Origin: Prorocentrum cordatum
Lineage: Eukaryota
Assembly: GCA_963575745.1 (NCBI GenBank)
Contig: CAUYUJ010000319.1
Coordinates: 1-64,000, forward strand
Direction: 5' to 3'
DNA: 64,000 nt
Made by a program: the position numbers and the translations under genes
Shown here: positions 1-12,454 of the stretch, one piece after another
How positions within the stretch are numbered: the first letter of the stretch is position 1
Layout: each line of letters opens with the position of its first letter
Notes under the pieces: generated by a model
Database searches by the model: none
Told to the model about the DNA's origin: nothing
What the model saw: the letters and a program-made list of their open reading frames with translations, nothing else

Positions 1-667
1 ACTGCGCCGTGAAGCCAGTGTACCGAAGCTCGTTGGTGGTGGTGTCGTACATCTTGTCTCCGCGGTCGTCTGTGAGCGGCCAATGGGAGGCGAAGATGTC
101 GCAGAGGGTTTTGTCGGGGCATTGGAAATAGGTGTCAAAGTTGACGAAGTACTTCCCGGCATTACAACATAACGTTTTGGACTCCGAGTTGAACAAAAGT
201 GCGCCGCAGTGGTCGCATTAGGTGGACATGTCCCCCAAAGAAATGGAAGCGAGGGTCGACGGTGGGCGGCCGCCGTCGGGGGCGGGCGCGGCACAGTTGA
301 AGCAAACTGGGCCAACCCGCTTCGGGGCCCGCTGTGGGAACATGTCGGTGGGCCAGCAGACGCCGCACCTGGAGCAGACGATGTCGGTATGCTGTCTAAG
401 TGCCCCGCTACGCTGAAGCGCGGCTCTTGTGCAGGTCAAACATTTGCGGGTACTTCGTCGCCACTGGTCCGGCGCGTACTCAGCCTGCGCGAGCTCTGTC
501 CCGCAGCTGGCGCAGGGTCGTAGAAGTACAGGGGCATTAGCGGTAGAGCAGCACTCCTTGCATCGGGCTGTCCGAGATGAAGAGTGCAACTGCGTGGCGG
601 AAAAGGCAGACGTGTCCAAGCATCGATGGCATTGCGTGCAAGTCAAGGTTGAGCGCTTCGGTGGCAT
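1..667 (-). mobile_element. Helitron RepHel ORF N-terminus with a premature stop (TAA at 220-218); runs off the left edge
   Basis: Reading through the stop of ORF 218..847 gives LGDMST*CDHCGALLFNSESKTLCCNAGKYFV..., open to base 1. This matches the LG-M-x3-C-x2-C-x-A-x2-F-x2-E...CC-x2-GK zinc-binding motif that precedes the Rep domain in Helitron proteins. Three CxxC...CxxC modules lie upstream (CTQC/CKEC, CASC/CLTC, CSRC/CFNC). Confidence 0.75.
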
Positions 668-1014
668 TTGACGGCCGTCACGCGATAAGGCTTGAGCCTG
701 CAGCAGCGGCCGGCATGGCAGGAGGGACCATGGAGAGTGCGGGGGAGCGGTGTGGGGAGGTGGGAAGGAATGGGCAGGGGTGGTAAGAAGGGAAAGAAGA
801 GAGCCGGTAGGCTCTGAAGACGGTCTCGGAAGGATACGGACCACCATTTGAGTATGAAGGCTAGATGAACATGTTGGGCCGCTTGTGGTATTTTGGAGGT
901 GGAAGTCCGTCTGGGATTCGCGGTGCGAGGTAGCGTTCGGGAGAGGCGGTTAGGAAGAGCAGGAAGGAGAGCTGGTAGGCTTTTGTGGGAGATCGGGGGT
1001 GGTTCGGAGTGGCA

Positions 1015-1420
1015 CTGGGGCCTCTTGCAATATGTAGGGGGGCTTTGGGGGCCTTTATGGGGCTTCGGGGCGTTCCAGGGGACCTCTTGGGGCCTCTTGG
1101 GAGCCTTTTGGGGGCCTCTTGGGGGCTTTGGGGGGTGTTTTCAGAGCCTTCTGGAATCCTTGCAGGTGTTCTTGGGGGCCTTTGGGGGCCTCTTGGGGCC
1201 TGTTGGGGACCTTTTGGGCCTCTTTGGGGGCTGCTTGGATGCCGTATTGAGGCCGCGGAGGCTGATAGGAGGCGATCAAGTTAGAAGGCGGAAATTATCA
1301 ATGTCCTATAGGTTTTTGATCGATCTCAGCCTCTTGGGGGGCTGTTCGGGGGGCGCTTGAAGCCCTTGTGGGCTCGTTGGCTGCCTATGGGGCCGTCTTG
1401 AGGTTATCTTGAGCCGTCAG
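1015..1420. repeat. Degenerate GGGCCTCTTG-type minisatellite, part of a dispersed repeat
   Basis: Recurring ggggcctcttgg units; the reverse-complement form (ccaagaggcccc) occurs at about 22190-22710, with related tracts near 47170-47300 and 49975-50100. Confidence 0.7.
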
Positions 1421-1694
1421 TTTCCTGGTGTGAGATTATTAAGATAGGAATATATAACCACCCCCTCTCTCACGTCCCCCCTCGGCGCGAAGCCGAGAGA
1501 GGAGAGAGGGCCTCAGGCCGCCCCGGAGGCGGTGGAGGGGGGGGGCGAGGCGGAGAGAAGCAGGACCGGCCATCGGGGGCAGGACCGGCCATCGGGGGCG
1601 AGGCGCAGAGAAGCAAAACAAAAACAACATGGAGGACTACCGTTTTGCCGTTTTTTGTTGAACCCTCCGTCGAGGGGGCTCCAGGGACTCGAAG

Positions 1695-2431
1695 GATGAT
1701 AATGATGCTGGCGATGTTGATGCTGCTGCTGATGATGATGATGATGATGCTGATGATGCTGCTGCTGCTGGTGATTTTCTCGATTATGTTCGATGGTGGT
1801 GATCATGAGGATGCTGATGCTGATGATAGCGATTATGACGACGATGATGACGATGGTGACGGCTGTGGTGATGATGATGAATATCATGATGCTGACTCTG
1901 ATGATGCGGATGCTGATGATGGTGATGATGCTTATGACGATGATGCTGACGACTCGACGATCATGACGACGATGACGGCGACGCTGACGATGCTGCTGCT
2001 GCGGCTGCTGCTGCTGCTGATGATGATGATGATCATCATCATCAGCATCATCATCTCGATGACGTGGATGGTGGCGATGACGATGATGATGGCGATTCTG
2101 ACGACGACGATTATGACGATGGTGATCGCGGTGGCGGTGGTGGTGGTGATGGTGGCGGTGGTGTTGATGATGATGATGATGCTTATTCTGCTGATTGTTA
2201 TTTGATATTGCCATTACTATTGTTATTCGTCATATCGCTGTTATTACCCTTTTTCTTCGTCTCATCATTATCATTATTACTATTACTGTCATTATTTTTT
2301 ATCCTTCTTCGTACTGCTATGATGCTGACCACGACGGCGGCGATTACGTCGATGATGAATGTGCTGTTGATGATGATGGTCGTAGTGGCGATGCTGACGA
2401 TGATGACGACGGCGACGACGACGACGACGAC

Positions 2432-2474
<43 letters not shown>

Positions 2475-2510
2475 CTGATGCTGCTGCTGATGATGATGAT
2501 GGAGGAGGAG
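1695..2510 (+). repeat. Degenerate (GAT/GCT/GAC)n microsatellite
   Basis: Directly visible triplet tract. Confidence 0.95.
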
Positions 2511-3074
2511 GAGGCCGAGTGGTAGGAGTGAAAGGCAAGCAGAATCAGGGATGAACAGAGAGCATACGGAGACGTCTGGTGTGGGGGCAGTCCACGTTGA
2601 CAGACAGCCGAAATGGCAGGGAAGGCCGCCGCCGCCGAAAGAGGAGCTCTCTGAAGGCTGCCGCAGTGATCTGCTGGCAAAGAAGGCGGCAACCTGTTGC
2701 TCCCCACTCTTCCTGCGTATTGATCCTCCTCTTCCTTCTCCTTTTTCATCCCCCTCCTCCCTCCTCGCCCATCTCCTCATCGGTCTGCTTCTGCTGCTCC
2801 TCCTCCTCCTCCCTGTCCTCCTCCCCTTCCCATATGATCCTCCTCCTCTTCCTCCCCCCCTCGTCCCTCTCCTCCTCCCCTTCAAATATGCTCCTCCTCC
2901 TCCTCCTTCTCCCCCCCCTCGTCCCTCCTCCCTTTCTCTCTTCCTCTTCCCCCTTCTCCTCCCTCCTCCTCGCTACTGCTCCGCCTCCTCCTCCTCCTCC
3001 TCCTCTTCCTCCTCCTCTTCCCCCCCCTCCTACTGCTCCCCCTCCTCCTGCTCCGCCTCCTCCATTCCTTCTCC

Positions 3075-3995
3075 TTATAGGTGACTCCTCCGTGTCGCAC
3101 CCCCAGGCCAGTTTTTAGGGCGGGCTGGGCGTTTCGCCTGAGACTTCCCAACCATTTACGACCCTGAAGCTTTGAACATGACGACAGTTTCACAAATGGA
3201 GGGCGGGTGGTTTTCAAAATGTGGCTCTCGCCTTGGCGCGACATACGTTTTAAAACTTTGCAAGAGTTTCACGGATTGAGGGCGGGTGGTTTTCAACATG
3301 TGGCTCTCGCCTTAGCGCCGCGCACATTCGTTGCAAACATTTGCAAGAGTTTCACGGATTGAGGGCGGGTCGTTTTCAAGATGTGGCTCTCGCTTGAGCG
3401 CCGCGCACATTCGTTCCAAACATTTGCAAGAGTTTCACGGATTGAAGGCGGGTGGTTTTCAAAATGTGGTTCTCGCCTGAGCGCCGCGCACATTCGTCGT
3501 AACGACCTGCAAGAGTTTCACGGATTGAAGGCGGGTGGTTTTCAAAATGTGGCGCCGCGCGCATTCGTTTTAAACATTTGCAAGAGTTTCACGGATTGAG
3601 GGCGGGTCGTTTTCAAAATGTGGCTCTCGCCTCAGCGCCGCGCACATTCGTTCATTCAACTTGCAAAATTTTCACGGATTCCCATGATCAGCGTACCATA
3701 AATGGTGTTTGGAAGGATTCAGGAGTATGCGGGCGCAGTAGTTATGTAGACTCGCTGTGTTGAAGTCCCAAAAATGGCGTTCTGGCACGGTTCTGGATCG
3801 CCAAGACGCAGCAGTCAGGTTGATACGTGGCGTTGAAATCCTGAGAGCAATATTTTGGCACGCTTCAGGATCTTCAAACTGTTGTCTTCCAGCGAGGCAG
3901 CTCCCTCAATGGCAACGAACCGTTGCAGGGGCCTGTGAAGAGGGAGCTTGGAGGGAGGGTTAACATCGTTGATGCCCCTTGGGTTTCCACTGGTC
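3075..3995 (+). mobile_element. About 0.9-kb non-coding dispersed element with about 84-bp internal subrepeats, embedded in (CCT)n
   Basis: gagtttcacggattga..gcgggtggttttcaaaatgtggctctcgc units at about 3263, 3347, 3430, 3513 and 3585; reverse-complement copies at about 8735-9250, 9435-10190 and 60685-61346. Confidence 0.8.
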
Positions 3996-4257
3996 CTCCT
4001 CCTCCTCCTCCTCCTCCCTCCCCTCCTCCCCCTCCTCCTCCCCCCTCTCGCCCCCCCGCCGTCCTCCCCCCTCTGCCCCTGCCGCTCCAGGCGGACGCCT
4101 GAGGCCCTCGCATCGTTGATGCCCCTTGGGTTTCCACTGGTCCTCCTCCTCCTCCTCCTCCTCCCTCCCCTCCTCCCCCTCCTCCTCCCCCCTCTCGCCC
4201 CCCCGCCGTCCTCCCCCCTCTGCCCCTGCCGCTCCAGGCGGACGCCTGAGGCCCTCG
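3964..4257 (+). repeat. Near-perfect 147-bp tandem duplication
   Basis: catcgttgatgcccctt... starts at both 3964 and 4111. Confidence 0.9.
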
Positions 4258-4355
4258 CGTCTCTCGCCGGGGAGCGCCGCGGAGGGCGCCCTGGGCGCCC
4301 TGGCGTCACCAGCTTGCCGTCAGGCCAGCCTCGCCTCCCCAGTCGGCGACGACGA

Positions 4356-4428
<73 letters not shown>

Positions 4429-4594
4429 GACGACGACGACGACGAGGACGTCGACGACGACGACCGACGACGACGAGGACGACCGACGACGACGAGGACG
4501 AGGACGACGACCGCGACCGACGAGGACGAGGACGAGGACGACGACGACGAAGTGACCAGCTCCAGTCGGCGGCGAGCGAGGGCGGGGGGAAGTT

Positions 4595-4795
4595 CGACGA
4601 AGAAAAAACTGCCTAACCGACAACTTTCGGCGCTCCGTGCAGAGTTTTTGTATCCGCGCTGGGCCCGCCCCGGCGACGTCTCCGGCGCCGCCCCTGGCGC
4701 GCTCCGCGTGCCAGGGAACGGGGTCCAGCACAGATCCAAGAAATCCGTCGCGGAGAACCAAAAGTTTATGTGTATGCCATTTTTTGTCTAGAAGT
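4595..4795. mobile_element. Decayed palindromic MITE (family of 12257-12454)
   Basis: Shares ctggcgcgctccgcg core and gatccaagaaatccg...tttatgtgtatgccatttt end with the 12257 element. Confidence 0.55.
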
Positions 4796-4984
4796 GAGAA
4801 GGAGAAGTCAGGCGTCTGGGCTTCTCAGAAGCCCTGGCGCCTTCTGAGAAATCTTCCATGTCTTCGGGGAAGGCAGCTCAGAGAACTTCTCGGAAGGGCG
4901 GGGGGCTTCCGAGCCTTCTGAGAAGGCCCGGCCCTTCTCACTTCCCACCGGGCTCGCCGCCAAACCTCGCCTCCCCAGGCATGA

Positions 4985-5011
4985 GCTGATGATGATAATG
5001 ATGTTGATAAC

Positions 5012-5066
<55 letters not shown>

Positions 5067-5243
5067 GTGATGCTGGTGATGGTGATGATGATGTCTGTGG
5101 TGGTGGTCATGGCGGTGATGCTGATGATGCTGTTGATGTTGATGTTGATGATGTTGATGCTGATGATATTGATGATGATGCTTATGATGACCATGCAATT
5201 TGTAATGGAGATGATGCTTAAGATGATGTTGATGATGCTGGTT

Positions 5244-5279
<36 letters not shown>

Positions 5280-5741
5280 CAGATGACGATGCTTATGCTG
5301 CTGATGATGGTGATGATTAGTAGGAGGGAGGAGGTGGACGAGGATGATGGTGCTGCTGATGACGACGGCTATGCTTACAACGATGATGTTGATGCTGCGA
5401 CTGATGCTGATGATGACGATGGTGGTGGTGATGTTGAGGATGCTGATATTGTTGATGATGGTGATGATGATGGTGAGGTGAGGAGGGTGAGGAGGAGGAT
5501 GGTGTCGATGATGGTGCTGATGCTGCTGCTGATGATGAAGATGATGCTGATGATGATGCTGATGATAATGCTGAGGATAGAGTTGATGTGATGGTGATGC
5601 TGATGCTGATTCTGATGACGATGCTGATGTTGATGCTGATGCTGATGCTGATGCTGCTGCTGATGGCGATGGTGATGAGGATGACTGTAGTGGCGATGAT
5701 GGTGGTGATAATGATTCTGATGACGATGCTGCTGATGACGG

Positions 5742-5792
<51 letters not shown>

Positions 5793-5899
5793 GGATGATG
5801 ACAATGATGGTGACGTTGGTGGTGATGGTGGTGGTGATGCTGGTGCTATTGCTGCTGCTGATGATTATGATGACGATGATGATTATGATGATGATTATG

Positions 5900-5931
<32 letters not shown>

Positions 5932-6087
5932 AGTGATAAGGCTGATGCTGATGTTGATGATAGCGATGATGACGATTATGATGATGCTGATGATGGTGGT
6001 GGTGCTTCTGCTGATGCTGATGATACTGCTGCTGCTGATGATGATGGTGATGGTGATGGTGATGCTGATGATGATGATGATGACGAC

Positions 6088-6148
<61 letters not shown>

Positions 6149-6198
6149 TTGATGATGATGATGATGATGCTGATGATGATGATGATGATGCTTCTGCT

Positions 6199-6266
<68 letters not shown>

Positions 6267-6310
6267 CGACACGGCGACGACAACGACAACGGTCACGACG
6301 ACGATGATGC
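4985..6310 (+). repeat. Degenerate (GAT)n microsatellite
   Basis: Directly visible. Confidence 0.95.
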
Positions 6311-6724
6311 TGATGACGAGGACGAAGACGTCGACGACGGTATTCGTACATGCCGACACTGGCGCCCCCTCCCCCCCTCCCCCCCGAGAAACGGCAACAG
6401 GGGCCCTATCGGGCTACCATGCGGGCATGCCCCTGCTGTTGCTCAGGGGTGGGGGGGCGAGGCCCTTGAGGTTCCAGGGATCCCCCAAGGAGCCCCTGTT
6501 GCTGGAGCGTGTTTTGAACGCCTCTGGGCCATCGCTCCCCCCTCCCCCCCGGGTTGTGCGCCTCCAGGACTGCCATTGCGAAAACTCGTAGGCTACTGTG
6601 GTGCTCTCAAGCCGCTCCGAAGTTCGCCTCGTGTCCGGGGGCCTCGCAGGGCCTGCGGACGCCTCCAGCGGCCTCCGCAGATCTCCTTGGGCCTCCAGAG
6701 ATCTCCCGAGACCTTCAGAGGCGG

Positions 6725-6735
6725 CCGTCGTCGTT

Positions 6736-6786
<51 letters not shown>

Positions 6787-6846
6787 CCCGTCCTCGTCCC
6801 CGTCGTCGGCGTCGTCGTCGTCGTCGTCGTTGTCGTCGTTGATGTT

Positions 6847-6900
<54 letters not shown>

Positions 6901-8042
6901 TTCGTCGTCGTCTTTACTGTCGTCGTCGTCGTCGTCGTCGTCGTAGCGGCGTCTTGTTCGTCCTCGCGGTCGTCGCTTTAGTCGTCGTGTTCGTCTTCCT
7001 CGTCGTCGTCGTTGTCGTCATCATCGTCCTCGTCCCTGTCGTCGTCGTCGTCGTTCTCGTCCGCCTCGCCCTCGGTGCGGTCGTCGTCGTCCTCGTCGTC
7101 GTCGTCGCCGCCGAGGTCCTCGAAGGGCCTCCAGCCGCCTCCAAAGGTCTCCAGCCACCTCCTTAGGCCTCCGGAGACCTCCAGAGACCTCAGAGGCGGC
7201 CGTCGTCTTAGTCCTCGTCGTCCTCGATCTCGTCCTCGTCCTCATGCTCCTCGTCCTCGTCTGGTCGTCGTCGTCGTCGTGTCGTCGTCGCCGTCATCGT
7301 CCCCGTCCCCGTACTCGTCCTCGTCCTTGTTGTCGTCGTCGTCGAGGGCTTCGAATGGCCTCCAGGCGCCTCCAGAGGCGGCCGTCGTCCTCGTCGTCGT
7401 CTTCGTCCTTGTCTTCGTCCTCGTCCTCGTCGTCACCGTCGTCCTCGTCCTCGTCCCCATCCTCGTCTCGTCCCTGTGGTCGTCGTCCTCGTCCTTGTCG
7501 TCGTCGTCGTCCTCGTTCTCGTCGTCGTCGCCAAAGGCCTCGAAGGGCATCGAGACACCTCCAGAGGTCTCCAGGAACCTCCTTAAGCCTCCAGAGACCT
7601 CTAGAGACCTTCAGAGGCGGCCCGTCGTCGTCGTTGTCGTCCTCGTCCTTGTCGTCGTCGTCGTCGTCGCTGTCGTCGTCGTCGCTGCCGTCGTCGTCGT
7701 CGTCGTCGTCGTCGTCGCTGCCGTCGTCGTCGTCGTCGTCGTCGTCGTCCTTGTCCTCGTCGTCGTTCTTGTCCTCCTCGTCGTTCTTGTTCTCGTCCTC
7801 GTCGTCGTCCTCGTCCTCGTCGTCACCGTCGTCCTCGTCCTCGTCCCCACCCTCGTCTCGTCTCTGTCGTCGTCGTCCTCTTCCTTGTCGTCGTCGTCGT
7901 CCTCGATCTCGTCGTCGTCGCCAAAGGCCTCGAAGGGCATCGAGACACCTCCAGAGGTCTCCAGGAACTCCTTAAGCCTCCAGAGACCTCTAGAGACCTT
8001 CAGAGGCGTCCCGTCGTCGTCGTCGTTGTCGTCCTCGTCCTT

Positions 8043-8074
<32 letters not shown>

Positions 8075-8289
8075 TGTCGTCGTCGTCGCTGTCGTCGTCG
8101 TCGTTGTCCTTGTCCTCGTCGTCGTTCTTGTTCTCGTCCTCGTCGTCGTCCTCGTCCTCGTCGTCGTCGTCGTCCTCGTCGTCGTCGTCGTCGTTTCCGT
8201 CCCCGTCCCTGTCCTCGTCCTTGTCGTCGTCGTTGTCGTCGTCATTGTCGTCGTCTCCGTCGTCATCGTCGTCGTCGTCGTCGTTATCG

Positions 8290-8321
<32 letters not shown>

Positions 8322-8330
8322 GTCGTCGTC
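6725..8330 (+). repeat. (GTC)n tract with interspersed ccagagacctc modules and an internal duplication of about 420-bp period
   Basis: ccaaaggcctcgaagggcatcgagacacctccagagg at 7531 and 7921. Confidence 0.85.
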
Positions 8331-8734
8331 TGGCGCTCGGGCGCCCTCGTCGTCCAGCAAACACCAGCACATAATAATGCTGGAAGGAGGGTGTGGGCGA
8401 ACAAGAACATTGTGGTGCTGCGCGTATACACTGCGCAGTACTTTTGCGATGTGGTGCACGCGGCTGCGGCGGTGCATACTGTGCTGCGCACTGTGGTGCT
8501 TGCTGTGATGCGCACAGGTGCTGTGGTGCCGGAACCACACGGCGGGGGGGAGCGTTACGTTATGCCCCCCCCGCCCCCCCCTCCGCCCTATAACGCCCAT
8601 TATGGCCGCGAGTGTAAAAATGCAAACGAGGTGGGGTGGGGTTTGTAAAGGACTCCAAACAGGTGAGGTGGTTGTTAGTAGTGGTGAGAGTTGGACGAGC
8701 AGGGATGCGACGATGAGGATGACGACGAAGACAT

Positions 8735-10190
8735 GAGGAGGACCCAAGACGCATCAATGATGTTGCAATAAATCCTCTCTCTAAGTTCCCGCCTCACAGC
8801 TCCTATTTTCATTGCGGGAACTGGCCCATTAAAAGACAAACGTCTCAGAATCGTCAATCGCGCCCAAACTGTTTTTCTGGGACTTCATCGTCGCGGGCCA
8901 ACGTGGCTGTTGCGTCCTGACACTCCTAAATTGCACCTGAATAGCATTCCTGGGACTTCCACACCGCGAATCAACGTAGTGACTGTTCCGTCCTGAGAAT
9001 CCTAGACTGTGCCAGGGATCATTGCAACTGTTACGTTTTTGTGTGACGAACTTGCGCGGCGAAGGCGAGGGCCAACTTTTGAAAAAGAGCAGCCATCAGT
9101 GAAATTGCTGTAATTCTTCAAGACGAGTGTGCGCGGCGCAGAGGCGGGAGCCACATTTTGAAACGTCCTGCCCTCCATCCGTGAAATTGCAACGAACTTT
9201 CAAAACAAACGTGCGCGGCGCTAACGCGAGAGCCGCATTTTGAACATGCACCGTGTATGTTTGTGCCCACGCTGGCAAACTTCTGATGATGAGGATGATG
9301 CTGATGATGATGATGATGAGGGGTAGGAGGGGTAGGAGGAGGAGGAGGAGGAGGAGGACGAGGAGGAGGAGGATGAGGAGGAGGAGGAGGAGGGGGAGGA
9401 GGTGGAGGAGGAGGAGGATGAGGAGGAGGAGGAGGACGACCTAGACGCACCAACGATCTTGCAGTAAACCCTCCGTCCAAGTTCCTTCTCCATGGGGCCC
9501 TACAAGAATCTATGTTCATTGCGAGCGACTTCCCATTGGAAGGCAACCGCCTGAGAATCCTCAACCCTGCCACATATAGTTCCTGGGACTTTAGCGTCGC
9601 GGAATCAACGTGACTGTTGCGCCACGGCAATCCTTAATCTTGCCAGAGCGCATCTCTTGGGATTTCAATTCCGCGAGTCAACGTGACAGTTGCGTCCTGA
9701 CAATCTTGAATCTGGCCAAAACATTATTTTTGGGGATTTCGGCCATGTGAACCTTTGACACTGTTGGACACATTCAAAGCGAATGTGCGCAGTGCTATGG
9801 CGCGAGCCACGCTTTGAATAACAACCGCCCTTCACCATTGAAACTGTTGCAAGCGTTTAAGACGAATCTGCATATTGAAACCCGCCCGTCATGCATGCGC
9901 CAAACAGCTGGAATATTTAAAACGCATGTGCGCGACGCTATGGGGATAACAACATCTTGAACACTACCTGCCCTCCATCTTTGAAGATGATGGTGAACAA
10001 AAAACGAGTGTGCGCAGCGCTAAGGCGACAGCGACGTTTGGACAAGGACCCGTCTTCCATCCGTGAAGCTGTTGCAGATTTCAAGCTTCAGGGTCACAAG
10101 TGGTGAGGAAGTCCGAGGCGAAACGCTCGACCTGCCCTACTGACACGACTGGGGGTGCGACAGGGGCTTGATTACGCAAGGGGACAGAGG
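8735..10190 (-). mobile_element. Two older reverse copies of the 3075-3995 element family, separated by a GAG/GAT tract
   Basis: gacgca.caa.gat.ttgca.taaa.cctc at about 8748 and 9444; aagcttcagggtcac...gcgaaacgc end at 10083-10127. Confidence 0.65.
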
Positions 10191-11373
10191 ATGATGAGGA
10201 GGAGGCGGAGGAGGAGGAGGAAGAGGCGGAGAAGGAGGAGGAGGAGGAGGAGGAGGAGGAAAAGGAGGAGGAGGAGGAGGAAGAGGAGGAAGAGGAGGAG
10301 AGAGGAAGGAGGAGGAGGAGGAGGAGGAGGAGGAGGAGGAGGAGTTTGGAGGAGAAGGGAAAGGGGGAGGGGGAGGGGGATGGAAGGGAAGAGGGATAGG
10401 GTGTGATGGAGGAGGACGAGGAGGAGGGGGGTGAGCCTTGGAGTTTCCCTGGGGGCCCGCCACTGCACGCCATCCGACAGGCGGGTGCGCATGGCGTGCG
10501 CCGAATCGAGTGGCTTCGCGCCGTGACGACCTCTGCTGAATTCTGGCAGCCTGCGAATTCGAAGAATCGCTCGCTGTGTGCACGGGGTCCTAGCCCTTCT
10601 GTCCTCTTTCCGCTCCTACCTCTCCTGCCCCTCCTCTCTCTGCACATCCTCCTCCTTCCACTCCCGCTCCCGCAGCGCATCCTCCTCCTCCTCCTCCCCT
10701 CCTCCTCGTGCTCCTCCTCCTCTTTCTTCCTCCTCCTCCTCCTCCTCCTCCTCCTCCTCCTCCTCCTCCTCCTCCTCCCCCTCCCTCCTCCTCCTCCTCC
10801 CCTCCTCTCCTCCTCCTCCTCCTCCTCCTCCTCCTCCTCCTCCTCCTCCTCCTCTCCTCCTCCTCCTCCTCCCCCTCCCCCTCTCTCCCCCCACCCACCC
10901 CCTCCCCCTCCTCCTTCTCCTTCTCCTCCCCTTCCGCTCCCCAATTCTCCTCCCCCTTCCCTTCCCATCAGCTCATCTTCCTCTTCCTCTTCCTTTCCCT
11001 CTCCCTCTCCCCCCCCCCCTCCTCCCCTCTCCCCTCCCCCTCCTCCCCTCCTGCTTTCCCCTCCTCCGCCCTCCTTCTCCTCCTCCTCCTCCTCCTCCTC
11101 CTCCTCCTCCTCCTCCTCCTCCTCCTCCTCCTCTCCATCCCGCCGCCTCTCCGTGGCCGTCTTTGGCTCAGGCCGGGCTCGCGCTCGAGCGGGGGCCTGG
11201 ACCTGCCCGTGGCCGCCGCGGGCACGGCGGGGAACGGCGAGGCCCTGCGGGCGTCTGCTCGCTGGCGCCGCGGGCCCCCGCTCGCGCGAGGGGGGCCTCT
11301 CTTTGGAGCCCGCCCACGCCTCTGCCCCTTCGCCGCCCTGCCTGCCCGGCAGGCGCGCCACGCCCCCCTCTGC

Positions 11374-11545
11374 TCGGGGGTGGACAGAACCCCCAACAGT
11401 GAAACGTCGATTAGTGAATTGTCCGTTTTCGGTTCTCGAGAGGGCGCCGTGGCCGTTATTTTCCAGGCTTGCGCCTGCCAGGTTTGGGCCCGAAGTCGTT
11501 TTCACTTAACCACGTTTCACTAAAGGGAGGTCTGTCCAGCCCCCC
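11374..11545. mobile_element. TIR MITE with perfect 5-bp TSD TCTGC
   Basis: tcgggggtggacaga...tctgtccagcccccc; TCTGC at 11369-11373 and 11546-11550; same family as 14959-15133. Confidence 0.8.
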
Positions 11546-12256
11546 TCTGCAGCCCCGTGGTGCGCCCGTGTGGCAGCGCAGCGCGTGCCCTGCTCCCAGG
11601 CCCCCATCGGGCAGTGAAAGGAATCCTAGCAGGGGGCTTTTCCGTATGCTCGGCCTCTGGACGCCCTCACCTGCCCTCGGGGCCGGTAAGAGAAGCGGCT
11701 CGGGATGAGGAGCCGGTCCCGGGGAATGGGTGGAGACCCATGGGGGTCGATGTCATGAACAGATCACGACGTCGGGGGTCGGGGCCCAGAGCTTCCGGGC
11801 CGACACGCTGCGTGTTGGCTCGGCGTGCTGGCCCGCGTCCTATGGCGAGCGCGCCGCGCCAGGCCTGCGTTCTCCATGCGCGCGTGGGGCTCCGTGCCCG
11901 AGAGAAGGCCACGGGCTGCGTGCTGCGTGCGGAGCTCCGTGCCCGAGAACGGCCACGGGCTGCGTGCTGCTCGCCGGGGCGGCCGAGCGAATTCGCGGCG
12001 CGCCCGGGGGGCAAGGGAGAAGGAGAAGGCTCTCTCGGAGGGCGGCGGAGCTCCTCAGAGCGCCTCTGACCCTGCGGGAGGCTTCTGTCTGCGTCTTCGG
12101 GGAAGGCCCAGAGCACTTCCTGGGAGGCCGGTGGGGGCTTCCGAGCCTTCCTCCTCCTCCTGATCCTCCTTTCGTTGAAAAACCGGTCCCGGGGAATGGG
12201 TCCGGACCTCTGGGGGTCGACGTCATGAAAAATTCATGACGTCGGGGGTCTGGGGA

Positions 12257-12454
12257 TAGGGGAACGAAAAGTGGCATAAACATAAAAACTCGGAGGTTCG
12301 CGCGAGTTTCTCGGATCGGTCCTGGACCCCCCTCCCTGGCGCGCGGAGCGCGCCAGGGCGGCGCCGGAGGCGCCGCCGGGGGGCCCCAGCGCCGATCCGA
12401 GAAATTCGCGCGGACCTCCGAGTTGTTATATTTATGCCACTTTTTGTTCCCCTG
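12257..12454. mobile_element. TIR MITE with about 60-bp inverted repeats and TSD GGGGA/GTGGA
   Basis: taggggaacgaaaagtggcataaacataaaaactcggagg... pairs with ...cctccgagttgttatatttatgccactttttgttcccctg; relatives at about 4600, 19850-20013, 29633-29725, 30430-30600 and 57022-57171. Confidence 0.85.

Noticed and set aside
3180..3680. About 84-bp periodic repeats as a CRISPR array
   Set aside because: The whole unit is repeated with no unique spacers, no cas genes are present, and the context is eukaryotic.
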